A stretch of 64,000 nucleotides of DNA from Phycisphaeraceae bacterium (GCA_963674705.1 OY771506.1:5152001-5216000), one strand, 5' to 3'. Positions 20,356 through 31,981 are shown, numbered from the stretch's first letter. Numbers and translations: made by a program. The notes: generated from the sequence alone by a model not told the origin.

Positions 20356-20847
20356 ATGCAGGTCTACGTCTTCCGACACGGGATCGCTGAGCCACGCGAC
20401 ACGGATAAACCCGACGCCGCCAGGGCTTTGACGTCGGTTGGCATCGAACGCACCACCGCCGCCGCCAAGGGTCTCGCCCGGTTCGCCGACCGCCCGCAGG
20501 TCATCCTCACCAGCCCCAAAATCCGCGCCAAGCAGTCCGCCGCGATCCTCGGCGACATCCTCGACCTCACCCCCATCCTCGCCGACGAACTGGCCGACGG
20601 TCCTGCAATCGACGTGATCCACATGCTCCGAAGACGCGACGAACAGCGCGTCCTGATCGTCGGCCACGAGCCCACGCTCAGCGAGGTCATCGAAAACCTC
20701 TGCACCCACAAAAACCTGCCAAGCTTCATCGAACTCAAAAAAGCAGCCTGCGCCCTGGTCGAAGCCCCCCTCCACCCCGAAGACCCCCCCGGCCCCGGCG
20801 TACTCAAGTGGCTGCTCCCCCCGCGAGCACTGAGGGCGCTGGGATGA
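20356..20847 (+). CDS. sixA: Phosphohistidine phosphatase SixA
   Basis: RHGIAE, SPKIRAKQS, VGHEP. Confidence 0.88.
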   Translation: MQVYVFRHGIAEPRDTDKPDAARALTSVGIERTTAAAKGLARFADRPQVILTSPKIRAKQSAAILGDILDLTPILADELADGPAIDVIHMLRRRDEQRVLIVGHEPTLSEVIENLCTHKNLPSFIELKKAACALVEAPLHPEDPPGPGVLKWLLPPRALRALG

Positions 20848-20859
20848 CCATACGACATA

Positions 20860-21003
20860 TAGCCCGACCATCCTGGTCGGGTCTGAATTATTAAATTTAC
20901 ATAACACCCGCACATAATAAACACGTTTACCGGACGAGCGCTGATCGCGGTCTCTCACTTGCCACGTAAACATCCCCACCCGCGTTGCATCGCAACGCGG
21001 CTA
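20860..21003. repeat. REP-like doublet with TAGCC ends
   Basis: TAGCCCGACCATCCTGGTCGGG ... CCCGCGTTGCATCGCAACGCGGCTA. Confidence 0.8.
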
Positions 21004-21085
21004 TTAAAGAAACAAACACGGATGCACTTGAATCCGCATCCGTGTTCATCTGTGTTCATCGGTGGCTAATCTCTTCCGCAGAAGA

Positions 21086-21724
21086 TCACCCCTGCTTTGC
21101 ATGCGCATCGATTTCTTCCCGCGTCACCTGTAACCATTCAAGCATGTACTGCTCGTAGATGTCCTGGTGTGCATCGTTCGAGAAGTCCAGCCGTAGTTCG
21201 TTGATCACCTTCGTGCCCTGTCCGATCCACGCACGCCACGTGTCCTGGCCGAAGTGGTCGTAGATGAACTTACCCGTCGCCCCGCGCATCGGCGGATCGG
21301 GCAGACGCGGCTGAGGCGTCCCAGTCCGTCGGTCCAGCACCATGTCGCCCGACGATTCGACCTCCGCCTTACGAGCCGACGCATCCTGCACCTCCGGTAA
21401 AGGCTTTCCGATCTTCTCAAGCAGCGAGCCGATCGCCTTCTGCGGCATCACGTCCCCGCGCTCGGCCGAGATCTTGTACCCCTCGGTCAGGACGGCGGCC
21501 GCATCATCATCCCGACCCATCTGGATCAGGACCTGCCCACGCAACTGATACGCCCGGCTCATCCCGGGATTCAGCTCGATCGCCTTGGCGTATGCGATCT
21601 GGGCATCCTCGTGGCGGTCACCTTCCTTGTAGGCGTTTGCGAGGCTGAAAAAGGCCATGTCGTCCGGCGCCTCGCGGGCCATCTGCTCCCACTGGGCGAT
21701 ACGTTCTTCAATCGTTGTGCTCAT
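21086..21724 (-). CDS. TPR + YggX-like (Fe(II)-trafficking) fusion protein
   Basis: N-terminal TPRs; C-terminal GKFIYDHFGQDTWRAW..GTKVINELRLD resembles YggX. Confidence 0.8.
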   Translation of the reverse strand: MSTTIEERIAQWEQMAREAPDDMAFFSLANAYKEGDRHEDAQIAYAKAIELNPGMSRAYQLRGQVLIQMGRDDDAAAVLTEGYKISAERGDVMPQKAIGSLLEKIGKPLPEVQDASARKAEVESSGDMVLDRRTGTPQPRLPDPPMRGATGKFIYDHFGQDTWRAWIGQGTKVINELRLDFSNDAHQDIYEQYMLEWLQVTREEIDAHAKQG

Positions 21725-21795
21725 ATGCGATAGCATAGACAACTTATCCCGCCCGCCAAGTCGGGGGGCACATAAAATCCGGATACACTGGATAT

Positions 21796-21892
21796 GCCGC
21801 AAATGAACGCCAATTAACGCGAATAAGTAAGATAAATCCGATCATCTGCTTTCTTCTTTTCCTATTTGCGTTTATTCGCGTCCATTGGCGGC
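21796..21892. repeat. 9-nt-period inverted element
   Basis: GCCGCAAATGAACGCCAATTAACGCGAATA ... TATTTGCGTTTATTCGCGTCCATTGGCGGC. Confidence 0.8.
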
Positions 21893-21926
21893 AAAATAAG
21901 ATTTGTTCTTGGGTATAACTGATTCA

Positions 21927-24774
21927 ATGCCGATCACGCGACACTTCCTGGGATGGGATGGACCCGCACTACCGCGGGCGGCCGCCTACCTGCGCGATCA
22001 TCTCGGCCAGGGTGATGACGGCTCCGACCTCAGCCACCTTTTCGCCGTACTCCCCGCTCAGCGCGCCGGGCGTCGGTTGCTGGAACTGCTTGTTGTCAAT
22101 GCACAGGCCCGAGGCGCTGCGCTCAACCCGCCGCAAATTGTCACCGCCGGCAAGCTCCCCGAACTGCTCTATCAACCGCAACACCGACAGGCCGGCGACA
22201 TCGATGCACAGCTCGCTTTCATTGATGCGATGCGCAACCTGCCGACCGAAACGATGGCCGACCTGCTGCCGCATCCGCCCGGCCCGGATGACCTGCCCGG
22301 CTGGTGGGCCTATGCAACGCAGCTCCGCCGGCTGCGCGACGACCTTGCAGCGCACCGTATGACCTTCGCTGATGTGCCACGCCTCTGCGCCGACCGAGGC
22401 ATCGATCTACGCGGCGAACAGCGATGGACCGTGCTCGAACAAGTAGAACAGGCGTACCAGGAAACACTGCGTTCGCTGCAACTTTCCGATCGCGACACCG
22501 ACCGCCTCGATGCGATTACCTCCAAACGCTGCGCACTTGATGAAGATAAACACATCCTCCTCATCGCAGCACCCGACCTCAATGACACCGCCACCGCGAT
22601 GTTGCGACTTATCGGCGACCGGATCACCAGCCTGATCATGGCCCCGGATCAACACGCCGATGGCTTCGATGACCTAGGCTTGCTCCGCGCAGAATACTGG
22701 GCCAAACAACAAATCGACCTGCAGGCTAAACAACTCGCCTTCGTCGGCAGAAACAGCGATCAGGCCGGCGCTGTCATCGACGCCGTCGCCGAAGCGCAGC
22801 AAACCTTTAAACTAACCCACAACAACCTCAGCGCAGATCAGATCACCGTCGGCTTGGGTGATGAACGCTTCGCCGGCCCGGTCCGTCGTCGGCTCGACCT
22901 CGCCGACATCCCTTGCCGCAGCGCCGCCGGCTCGCCGACTGTCCAGTCTCGCCCCGCACTGCTCTTACGTGCCTTAAGCCGGTTCATGGAATCGCACCGC
23001 CTCGATGCACTGGCTGAATTGCTGCGCCACCCGGACATCCAGACGTACCTTCAGCGCGATCACGACGATGCACAGCAAACCATCGACGACTGGCTCACAC
23101 TGCTCGATAAATACGCCACCGACCACTTGCAAGGCCAACTCACCAGTACCTGGCTGGGTGATCCCGACCGCATCGCGCGATTAAAAACGCTGCACAACAA
23201 GATCACCACGCTCCTGCCCGAGCACTTCGCCACGCGCAAACCGCTGCCGAAGTGGAGCGAAACGATCGCCGCTGCGCTAAAAACCGTCTACGCTGATGCG
23301 CCGCTGCGCGAACACGTTCGAGAAGAACACCAGCTCGCCCTGGCGCTCGAACAGATCGCCGATCGGCTGCGTGAGCAAGCTGAATTCAAAGAAACCAATC
23401 CGACGTGCCCGAATATCACCGCTTCGCAAGCGATCGCACTGACGCTTCGCCGCCTTGTCGACAGCATCATCCCCGATGAACACGACGGCCCGGCCGTAGA
23501 ACTGCTCGGTTATCTAGAACTCCCGCTCGACGATGCTCCCGTACTGACCATCACCGGCCTCAACGAAGGGCTCATCCCCTCTTCGCGTAACGCCGATGCG
23601 TTCCTGCCCGATTCCATCCGAACAAAACTGTCCATGCACGACAATGCCCGCCGCTTCGGCCGCGACCTGATGCTGCTTAGCGCCATCATCCACTCACGCC
23701 CATTCGTCCGCCTGATCGCATCGCGCAGAACCGATGAGGGCGATCCGCTTACGCCAAGCAGGTTGCTGCTTGCCTGCGACGACGCGACGCTCGTCAAACG
23801 CGTCCAATCGTTTTTCAGCGATGATGAAACAAGTACCCCCGCCGACGCTGCCCATCAAGCCCGCCGGGACAAACCGTTTCCTTATCCCCAAACCCATCGT
23901 CGCGCCCGAGCCGCTCGATAAGTTATCCGTCACCGCTTTCCGTGCGTACATCGCATGCCCCTACCGGTTCTACCTGCGGTATGTCCTGAAACTCGCTTCG
24001 CTGAACGACCGGGCGATCGAGATGGACCCGATGTCCTTCGGCTCGATCACGCACACCGTCCTCCAAACCTTCGGCCAAAGCGACCTGAAACACGAAACTA
24101 ACGAAACAAATATCAAAAGCTTCCTCAATAGCTCTCTCGACAACACCATCGAAGCGCAGTTCGGCGAGGACCGCCGATCCGTCATCCGCATCCAGACCGA
24201 ACAACTGCGCGAACGCCTAAACGCCTTCGCTAAGCAGCAAGCCATACTCACGCAAGAAGGCTGGCTCATCCAGTACGCCGAGCAGGAACTATCCACCACC
24301 ATCACCGTCGACGGCACCCCATTCACCATCAAGGGCAAGGTCGACCGCATCGATTATCACGAACAGCACGGCTACCGTGTCTTTGATTACAAAACGGGCG
24401 ACACCGACCACAAACCCGACCAGACGCACCGCACCGGTCGCGGCGATGAACGCATATGGGTCGACCTGCAACTGCCGCTCTATCGCGACCTCTGCAAAGA
24501 ACTGAAAATCACCGGCCCGATCGAACTCGGTTACTTCAACCTGCCTAAAAAATGCGACCGCGTCGGGCCGAGCCTCGCCGACTGGAGCGATGACGACTTT
24601 ACCGACGCAACCCAAACGCGCGACACGGTCATCCGTGCTATCCGCGATCAACACTTCTGGCCGCCCAATCAAGCCCCCGGCCTGCCCGACGGTTACGAAC
24701 GCATCTGCGCCGACAACGCCATGCAGCGCGACGAACTCATCGTCGCAAGCTTCAAGCAAGGGGGCGCATCATGA
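21927..24774 (+). pseudogene. AddB/RexB-like PD-(D/E)XK nuclease subunit split by a one-base frameshift (real or sequencing artefact)
   Basis: ORF 21903-23921 (inactive helicase-like; GLNEGLIP, PSRLL) continues in the +1 frame as 23734-24774 (SVTAFRAYIACPY, GKVDRID, DYKTG, QLPLY); C5 run at 23836-23840. Confidence 0.7.
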
Positions 24775-27700
24775 ACCCACTCTCCCCCCTGCAAGCATGG
24801 CAACACGAACCGCCACACCTGCTCATCCGCGCCTCGGCCGGGTCGGGCAAGACCTATCGACTCAGCGCGCGATACCTGAAACTGCTGCGCCTTTTCGATC
24901 AGCCCGAATCCATCCTCGCCACCACATTCACGCGCAAAGCCGCCGGCGAAGTGCTCGGTCGCGTCGTCACCTGGCTCGCAAACGCGACCACCGACGATGC
25001 CGCACGCGAAGCGCTTGCGATCAGCACGATCAGGGCTGAACTATCTCACGATGATTGCCTTGCGATGCTGCGCCGACTCACCGATCAGATGCATCGGCTG
25101 AGCATCTCCACCATCGACGGCTTCTTCAACCGCGTCGCCCAAAGTTTCGCCCACGAACTCGACCTGCCGCCCGAGCCGACGCTCGTGGATGAATCGCACC
25201 CAAGCGTGAAGCAGTTGCGTCAGGACGCGGTCGAAGCGATGCTCGCCGACGCCGACCTGCCGGACATGGTCACGCTGTTAAGGCAGTTCCACCACGACCA
25301 CGCCGCACGCAGCGTCACCGAAGCGATCGACAAGATCATCAACGATACTTACGAGGTCTACCGCGAAGCCCCACAGCAAGAAGCCTGGGCGAAGTTGCAG
25401 CCGACGGGCAAGCTCGATGATGATGAACTGCAAAAGGCGATAGAAAAACTCCAGGATGCCGCGGCCTTGCTGCCGGATAACGGCCACTGGAAAAAAGCGT
25501 ACGCAGCAAACTGCGCCGCGGCGCTCACTGGACAATGGGAAGTCTTCATCAGTAAAGGCTTGGCCGGCTCGATCGTCAACGGCAAAGAAAGTTTCCAGCG
25601 TCATGACATCACCGCCGACATCCAGGCCGCTTACGTCCCGCTCATCGCCCATAGCAAAGCCATGTTGATCGAGCGCGTCGCGCTACAGACGCTTGCCACG
25701 CACGACCTGCTGCGCCGATTCGACACACACTACACCAGCCTGCGCCGCCGTCAAAGCATCCTGCTGTTCAGCGACCTGACGCACAAGCTCGCGCGTGAAC
25801 TACCCGCGCTCGGTGATGGGTTGGCTGAAGACATCTACTTCCGCCTCGACGGCCGGGTCACGCACCTGTTGCTCGATGAATTTCAGGATACAAGTCTGGC
25901 GCAGTGGGACGTGTTGCGCCCGTTCGCGCAGGAAATCGCTGCGACCGCCGACGGCGACCGCAGCCTTTTAGTCGTCGGTGATGCCAAGCAAGCGATCTAC
26001 GGATGGCGCGGCGGCGTCGCGGAACTGTTCGACCAGATCGAAGAAGAACTGAACCTGCCGCCTGAAAGTGTGCAATCACTTTCACTCAGCTACCGCTCCA
26101 GCGGGGTCGTGCTTGATGCGGTGAACAAGGTCTTTTCAAAGCTGGGATCAAACGCTGCGCTGGATAAAGACGCGCAAACCGCTGCACGCTGGCAGCGCAG
26201 TTTTGACGACCACGCATCCGCAAAAGACCTGCCGGGCCATGTCACGCTCGAAACCTCCGTCGCCGGCTACAACGCCGACGATGATGATGATGATGACGAG
26301 AGCAACGACGATGAACCCGTCACGATCACGCACAATGTGCACGAGCCTTACATCGCCCTGCGCGTTAAACAACTCTACGAGCGCAAAGGCGGCGCTGGCT
26401 CGATCGGCGTGCTCGTCAGCACGAACAAAGCCGCATCGCGCCTGATCTTTGAGATCGGCAAACTCGGCCTGCCCGTCAGCGGTGAAGGCGGCGGGTCCGT
26501 CACTGATTCACCCGCGGTCGCGGTGGTCCTTTCCGCGCTATACATGGCAGACCATCCAGGCGACACCGCAAGCGTCTTCCACGTCATGAACTCTCCACTC
26601 GCTGAAGTGGTCGGTCTTGAATCCACGAAGCCCGCGCATGTCCAACAGATTGCGATGCGCATCCGTCAAACGCTGCTTACCCAAGGCTACGCACAAACAC
26701 TCGCCGACTGGACGCGGGCCGTGGCAGACAGTCTCGATCAGCGCGGCCTGACGCGCCTGACGCAACTGATCGAACTTGCCGACAAATTCGAACCCGCCGA
26801 TGCGTTGCGTCCATCGCGTTTCGTCGCGCTCGCCGAATCGCAGCGCGTTGCCGAGCCGAACCCCGCGGCGATCCGTGTCATGACCATCCACGGCGCGAAG
26901 GGCCTTGAGTTCGACACAGTCGTACTCGCTGAGCTTGACCGGACGTTTAGAGATAATCCCGCGCTATTGATCGAACGCGAACACCCCACCGCCCCGATCG
27001 ACAGCGTGTATCGCAACGTCAAAAAAGAAGTCCGCGCTCTTGACGACAGCCTGGTAAAAGCATCCGAAGCCCAGCGCGCCACACGCCTGATGGACGACCT
27101 CTGCGCGCTGTATGTCGCCATGACCCGCCCGCGTCAGGCGCTGCACATGATCGTCAAGCCCAGAAAGCTCACGCCTAAAGGTGACAAACTCGCAAGCCTC
27201 GGCCTGTCCTACGCCGCCATCTTGCGCGATGCGCTCAGCGAAGTCGAAGAATCACTCGACGGCAAGCAAATCCTCTATCAACATGGCGACCCCGACTGGT
27301 CCTTCAAAGGCAAAATACAGACCGTTGCCGCGCTAACCACACATCAACCCATCGCGCCGATTGCGCTGAGCACAAGCCAATCCGCATCGCGCCGCTTCTG
27401 GCCGACCGTCTCGCCCTCTGCGCGCGCCGGCGGCGTCAAGCTCGCATCCGACCTGCTCGATATCTCGTCCGACTCCACCGGCGCGAAAAACTACGGCACG
27501 CTCATCCACGCCTGGTTCGAACACGTCGGCTTCATTGATGAAGATGAATTACCCGACGTTGAGATACTGCGCCAACTTGCGATCCGCGCGCTACCGCATC
27601 TGGACGACGCATGGATCGACAGCCGTATCGATTGGTTCGCGAACTTACTCAATAGCCCAACCGCTAAACAATTGCTCGCACGCAACGGCGCGACCAACCT

Positions 27701-27992
27701 CTGGCGTGAACGTGCATTCGCGGTGCAGGTCGGCAAAGAACTGGTGCGCGGCTGCTTCGATCGCGTCTCGATCTATCGTGATGACAGCGGCCAAATCGAA
27801 CGCGTCGAACTGATCGACTTCAAGACCGACCGCCTCGGTCCCGACGGCGTCGCCCCCCTGATCGAACACTATCGGCCGCAGATCCAGACCTACCAGCGCG
27901 CCCTGACCAAGCTGCTTCCGGTCGATATCGACGCCATCCGAGCCCGGCTCTGGTTCGTCGGCGATGATGTCCTGGCAGATGTTGAAACCTGA
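24771..27992 (+). CDS. AddA/RexA-like UvrD helicase-nuclease
   Basis: ASAGSGKT, TFTRKAA, DEFQD, VGDAKQAIY, TIHGAKGLEF, YVAMTR, C-terminal D..IDFKTD. Confidence 0.92.
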   Translation: MNPLSPLQAWQHEPPHLLIRASAGSGKTYRLSARYLKLLRLFDQPESILATTFTRKAAGEVLGRVVTWLANATTDDAAREALAISTIRAELSHDDCLAMLRRLTDQMHRLSISTIDGFFNRVAQSFAHELDLPPEPTLVDESHPSVKQLRQDAVEAMLADADLPDMVTLLRQFHHDHAARSVTEAIDKIINDTYEVYREAPQQEAWAKLQPTGKLDDDELQKAIEKLQDAAALLPDNGHWKKAYAANCAAALTGQWEVFISKGLAGSIVNGKESFQRHDITADIQAAYVPLIAHSKAMLIERVALQTLATHDLLRRFDTHYTSLRRRQSILLFSDLTHKLARELPALGDGLAEDIYFRLDGRVTHLLLDEFQDTSLAQWDVLRPFAQEIAATADGDRSLLVVGDAKQAIYGWRGGVAELFDQIEEELNLPPESVQSLSLSYRSSGVVLDAVNKVFSKLGSNAALDKDAQTAARWQRSFDDHASAKDLPGHVTLETSVAGYNADDDDDDDESNDDEPVTITHNVHEPYIALRVKQLYERKGGAGSIGVLVSTNKAASRLIFEIGKLGLPVSGEGGGSVTDSPAVAVVLSALYMADHPGDTASVFHVMNSPLAEVVGLESTKPAHVQQIAMRIRQTLLTQGYAQTLADWTRAVADSLDQRGLTRLTQLIELADKFEPADALRPSRFVALAESQRVAEPNPAAIRVMTIHGAKGLEFDTVVLAELDRTFRDNPALLIEREHPTAPIDSVYRNVKKEVRALDDSLVKASEAQRATRLMDDLCALYVAMTRPRQALHMIVKPRKLTPKGDKLASLGLSYAAILRDALSEVEESLDGKQILYQHGDPDWSFKGKIQTVAALTTHQPIAPIALSTSQSASRRFWPTVSPSARAGGVKLASDLLDISSDSTGAKNYGTLIHAWFEHVGFIDEDELPDVEILRQLAIRALPHLDDAWIDSRIDWFANLLNSPTAKQLLARNGATNLWRERAFAVQVGKELVRGCFDRVSIYRDDSGQIERVELIDFKTDRLGPDGVAPLIEHYRPQIQTYQRALTKLLPVDIDAIRARLWFVGDDVLADVET

Positions 27993-28248
27993 CACGCCCC
28001 ACACTTCCAATTCAATCAACTCACCACAGATTACCTGGATTGACATAAATGCAAGGCACAAGCGGGCATAGGTTCTACCCTCGGAAGCAAGAACCGCTTT
28101 TAAACGCTGTAAATGCCGTTTTAATAGGATTTTGCCTTGACTTCCAGGGGCCTGACGCCTTACTGTGTATACGCATGGGCGTTCTGCGCCCATTCCCTGA
28201 AGTGACCGGCCCCGGCATCCAGCAGGGCGCCAACATGGATACAACCCA

Positions 28249-29976
28249 ATGAAGAAGTACTCCCTCCGCGAGAGTTTTTGCGTGGTATTGGTGATGGCTC
28301 TGCTCTGCTGCGCCGCCGGTGCCGCCAAAGCACAAACCATCCAGGGCGATCTCGACGGCGACGGCTTCGTCGGCGCGCTCGATATCCAGATCATCCTAAA
28401 CAACTGGAACCAACTGGTCCCCGTCGGCGACCTGTCTCACGGCGATCTACTCCCCGACGGCTACGTCGACCTCAGCGACCTCACCTTCCTGCTGCTGAAC
28501 TGGGGCCAAGGCACCATCCCAACACCCGGCGGCGACGCCTCGCTCGGTATCAACCTTAACGAACTCACCTACTACACACGCGAACTCGCCTTCGTCGACG
28601 CGGTCAAAAGCGCCAGGCCATGGGTCTCAACCAATCCCAGCGGCCAACCCTTTGATACCGGCCAAACCGTCAACACCGACGCCAACGGCTGGCCCATCCT
28701 CCAATCCGGCCAGGCCGCGCAAACCCTGATGCTCGTCGATAAGCCCGGCGCTTACCCCACCGGCACCTACACCGTCACTTTCGACGGCGACGGCGAACTC
28801 GACTTCGAGTTCGACGCCTCCAACGTACAACTCGTCAGCACGGGAAGGATGACCTTCCAGGTCAATAGCGCCTCCTCCAGCGGGATCCTCATGCGGATCA
28901 GTCGCTCCAATCCCAGTGATCACGTCCGCAACATCAAGGTCTGGATGCCCGGCTACGAGGGCGCGACTTCATCCTTCCACGACCTGTTCATCCAACGCCT
29001 TCAGCCCTTCGGTGTTATCCGCTTCATGGACTGGCAGCACACCAACGGCTCGAAGCTCGTTAGCTGGTCCGACCGCACCGAGCCCGATGACTTCAGCATG
29101 GATACAACCAACGGCGTCGCGCTCGAATACATGATCGAACTCTGCAACGAACTGGGCGCTGATGCCTGGTTCTGCATGCCCCACCAGGCCGACGACAACT
29201 TCGTCACCCAGTTCGCCACCATGGTCCGGGACAACCTCGATCCGGAGTTGAAGGTCTACATCGAATGGTCCAACGAAGTCTGGAACTCGCAGTTCTCCCA
29301 GAGCAAGTGGGTCAACCAGCAATCCGGCTCCAACATCTTCTCCGACGCCTGGTTCCAGACCATGGCCGGGCATGTAGCAAACGACTTCGGGATCTGGCAG
29401 AACGTCTTCGCCGGGCAAACGGACCGCCTTTTCCGTGTCGCCGCAGGCCAGCAGGCCAACGTCTGGGTCACGCGACGGCTTACACAGGAACTGGATAACC
29501 TCGGCAGCCCGTATGACGCGATCTCCTGTGCCGCCTACTTCGACCACTGGAACGCTAAATTCGACGCCAGCACCACTGTTCAGGACATCCTCGACAACGC
29601 CATCAACCACACCATCCCCGACATCTACACCGGCTTCTACCAGGACCACGGCGACCTCTCGCAGGAACTGACCAACCGCCTGGGGCGTAATATCCCGCTG
29701 CTGGCTTACGAAGGCGGGCAGCACTACACCGTCCACGGCAACTCGGCCGCGCCGTACTACCAGGCGTTCAAGGATGTGCAGGAAGCCGACGGGATGTACG
29801 ACGCCTACACGGCGAACATGGAGGCCTTCGACCAAGCCGGCGGGTCTCTTTTCATGGCCTATAACTACATCCGCAAGCAGGATCAGTACGGCTCGTGGGG
29901 CCACCTTCAGTACCAGAACCAGGACCCCAACACGTCGCCCAAATACCGGGCATTACTGGACTTCAATAGCGAATAA
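28249..29976 (+). CDS. Secreted protein with N-terminal dockerin-like module and putative clan GH-A-like glycoside hydrolase domain
   Basis: Signal peptide, GDLDGDGFVG repeats, RFMDW, WFCMPH, EWSNEVWN, YEGGQH. Confidence 0.75.
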   Translation: MKKYSLRESFCVVLVMALLCCAAGAAKAQTIQGDLDGDGFVGALDIQIILNNWNQLVPVGDLSHGDLLPDGYVDLSDLTFLLLNWGQGTIPTPGGDASLGINLNELTYYTRELAFVDAVKSARPWVSTNPSGQPFDTGQTVNTDANGWPILQSGQAAQTLMLVDKPGAYPTGTYTVTFDGDGELDFEFDASNVQLVSTGRMTFQVNSASSSGILMRISRSNPSDHVRNIKVWMPGYEGATSSFHDLFIQRLQPFGVIRFMDWQHTNGSKLVSWSDRTEPDDFSMDTTNGVALEYMIELCNELGADAWFCMPHQADDNFVTQFATMVRDNLDPELKVYIEWSNEVWNSQFSQSKWVNQQSGSNIFSDAWFQTMAGHVANDFGIWQNVFAGQTDRLFRVAAGQQANVWVTRRLTQELDNLGSPYDAISCAAYFDHWNAKFDASTTVQDILDNAINHTIPDIYTGFYQDHGDLSQELTNRLGRNIPLLAYEGGQHYTVHGNSAAPYYQAFKDVQEADGMYDAYTANMEAFDQAGGSLFMAYNYIRKQDQYGSWGHLQYQNQDPNTSPKYRALLDFNSE

Positions 29977-30148
29977 GCAATTTTTAACAAAACTTCTGTA
30001 CAATACTCACTCCCGGGCGGATGATATCGGCTTGTGAAAAAATCTTGACAAGGCAGTTACGAGCGGTAAGTTCAATAGCTTGCAAGGATGCATAGACGGC
30101 TACTGTCTCAAGTGCCTGCTATGTGTTTTTCCAGATTGAGGGCGAGAG

Positions 30149-31870
30149 ATGTTAAAGAATAATCTGATTCTTGCGTTGTGTCTTTTGTCGTGCGTAGCCG
30201 TGATCGGGCCATGCTACGCGCAGGTGAATGACACGGTCGCGCCGATCACCGGCGATCTGGATGGTGACAGCTTCGTCGGACTTAGCGACCTTGGCATCAT
30301 TATCGAGCACTGGAACCAAAAGGTCACGCCCGGCGACCTGCTCTTGGGTGATCCTTCAGGCGATGGCGAGGTCGGCCTCGCTGACATCGACATCCTCGTC
30401 AACAACTGGAACCTCGGCTACCCCATCCCCGCTGAGCGCAACCTCAATCTCGGTATCAACCTCTCACAACTCAACTACTACAGCCGTGAATGGGTCTTCG
30501 TCGACGCCGTCAAGCAAGCCCGGGAATGGGTGATGACCACGCCCACCGGCAACCCGTTCGACACCGGCGAAACCGTCATCACCGATCGCAACGGCTGGCC
30601 GTTATTGCAGGAAGGCCAGGCCGCGCAAACGATCATGTTCAACGGGATGGAAGGCGCTTACCCCGCCGGACAGTACGTCTGCACCTATGAAGGCACGGGC
30701 GAGATCATCCTGACATGGGACGCCGACGTCGCTTCTAAGGAGACCGGCCGCATAGTTGCCAATGTCACGCCCAGCGACAACGGCATCCTCATGCGCATCG
30801 CTTCCTCCGACTCTGCCGATCCCATCCGCAACATCAAGCTATGGATGCCGGGCTTCGAAGATGCGCAGTCTTCCTTCCACCCGCTCTTCCTGCAAAGGCT
30901 CGCCAAGTTCAAAGTCCTGCGCTTTATGGACTGGCAACACACCAACGAAGTCGACGACACCGTGTCATGGTCAAACCGTTCACGGCCCGTCTACTACACG
31001 CAAGGCACGCTCCGCGGCGTCTCGATCGAACAGATGATTGAACTGTGTAACGAACTACATGCCGATCCTTGGTTCTGCATGCCGCACACCGCCAGCGACG
31101 CCTACATCGCCAACTTCTCCGCGCTCGTGCAGGAGCTGCTGGACCCCGATCGCAAGATATATATTGAGTGGTCCAACGAGGTCTGGAACTCTCGCTTTGA
31201 TGTCCACCAGTATGTCAAGACGCAATCGGGTGGATCGAGCTTTTCAGATGAATGGTTCGACTTCTGGGCCGACCGCGTCTCCAACACGTTCACGATCTGG
31301 GAAAACACGTTCTACGGCGAAGAGGACCGGCTCGTGCGCGTCGCCGCAGGCCAGGAAGCAAACGTCTGGGTCACCCAGAACCTTGCCAACCGATTGAACG
31401 GCCAACTCGATGCGATTGCCTGCGCCGCCTACTTCGGCGAAGACGGCGCCGACTTCGACGAAAGCACGACCGCCGAGCAGATCCTGCTCGACGCGATCAA
31501 CCGAGCGATCCCGCAGAAGTCCGCCGTCTTCTACCAGAAGCACGGCGACCTGGCCGGAAAACTCTCCAATGAGTTAGGCCGAACCATCCGCTTCATCGGT
31601 TACGAGGGCGGCCAGCACTACGCCGACGACAACCGACACGTGCCCTACGAGCAGGCGCTGCTGGATATGCAATACCTGCCCAGGATGTTCAGCGCGTATC
31701 TGCAAAACCTCGACGCCTTCGAGCAGGCCGGCGCCGACCTCGTCTGCCCCTTCAACTACGTCGACCGCCCCGGCAACCACGGCGCCTGGGGACACCTCGA
31801 GGTGCAGGACGCCTCACTCGATACCTCCGAAAAGTTCCACGCCTTGATGTACTACATCAAAGATCAGTAA
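30149..31870 (+). CDS. Tandem paralogue of 28249-29976
   Basis: Same architecture and motifs; TTGACA at 30045 upstream. Confidence 0.75.
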   Translation: MLKNNLILALCLLSCVAVIGPCYAQVNDTVAPITGDLDGDSFVGLSDLGIIIEHWNQKVTPGDLLLGDPSGDGEVGLADIDILVNNWNLGYPIPAERNLNLGINLSQLNYYSREWVFVDAVKQAREWVMTTPTGNPFDTGETVITDRNGWPLLQEGQAAQTIMFNGMEGAYPAGQYVCTYEGTGEIILTWDADVASKETGRIVANVTPSDNGILMRIASSDSADPIRNIKLWMPGFEDAQSSFHPLFLQRLAKFKVLRFMDWQHTNEVDDTVSWSNRSRPVYYTQGTLRGVSIEQMIELCNELHADPWFCMPHTASDAYIANFSALVQELLDPDRKIYIEWSNEVWNSRFDVHQYVKTQSGGSSFSDEWFDFWADRVSNTFTIWENTFYGEEDRLVRVAAGQEANVWVTQNLANRLNGQLDAIACAAYFGEDGADFDESTTAEQILLDAINRAIPQKSAVFYQKHGDLAGKLSNELGRTIRFIGYEGGQHYADDNRHVPYEQALLDMQYLPRMFSAYLQNLDAFEQAGADLVCPFNYVDRPGNHGAWGHLEVQDASLDTSEKFHALMYYIKDQ

Positions 31871-31981
31871 GCGACCAAACGCGATCAAGACGTGACACCG
31901 GTTGCGCCGTACATCAATCCATAATAGCCGCGAACCGCCGGCTCGCGCGCCAGCCACACACAATCAAACGCCTTGACGTCT

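Noticed and set aside
21927..27992. Helicase + nuclease pair as an anti-phage defence system
   Set aside because: Architecture and gene order match housekeeping AddAB-type recombination enzymes.
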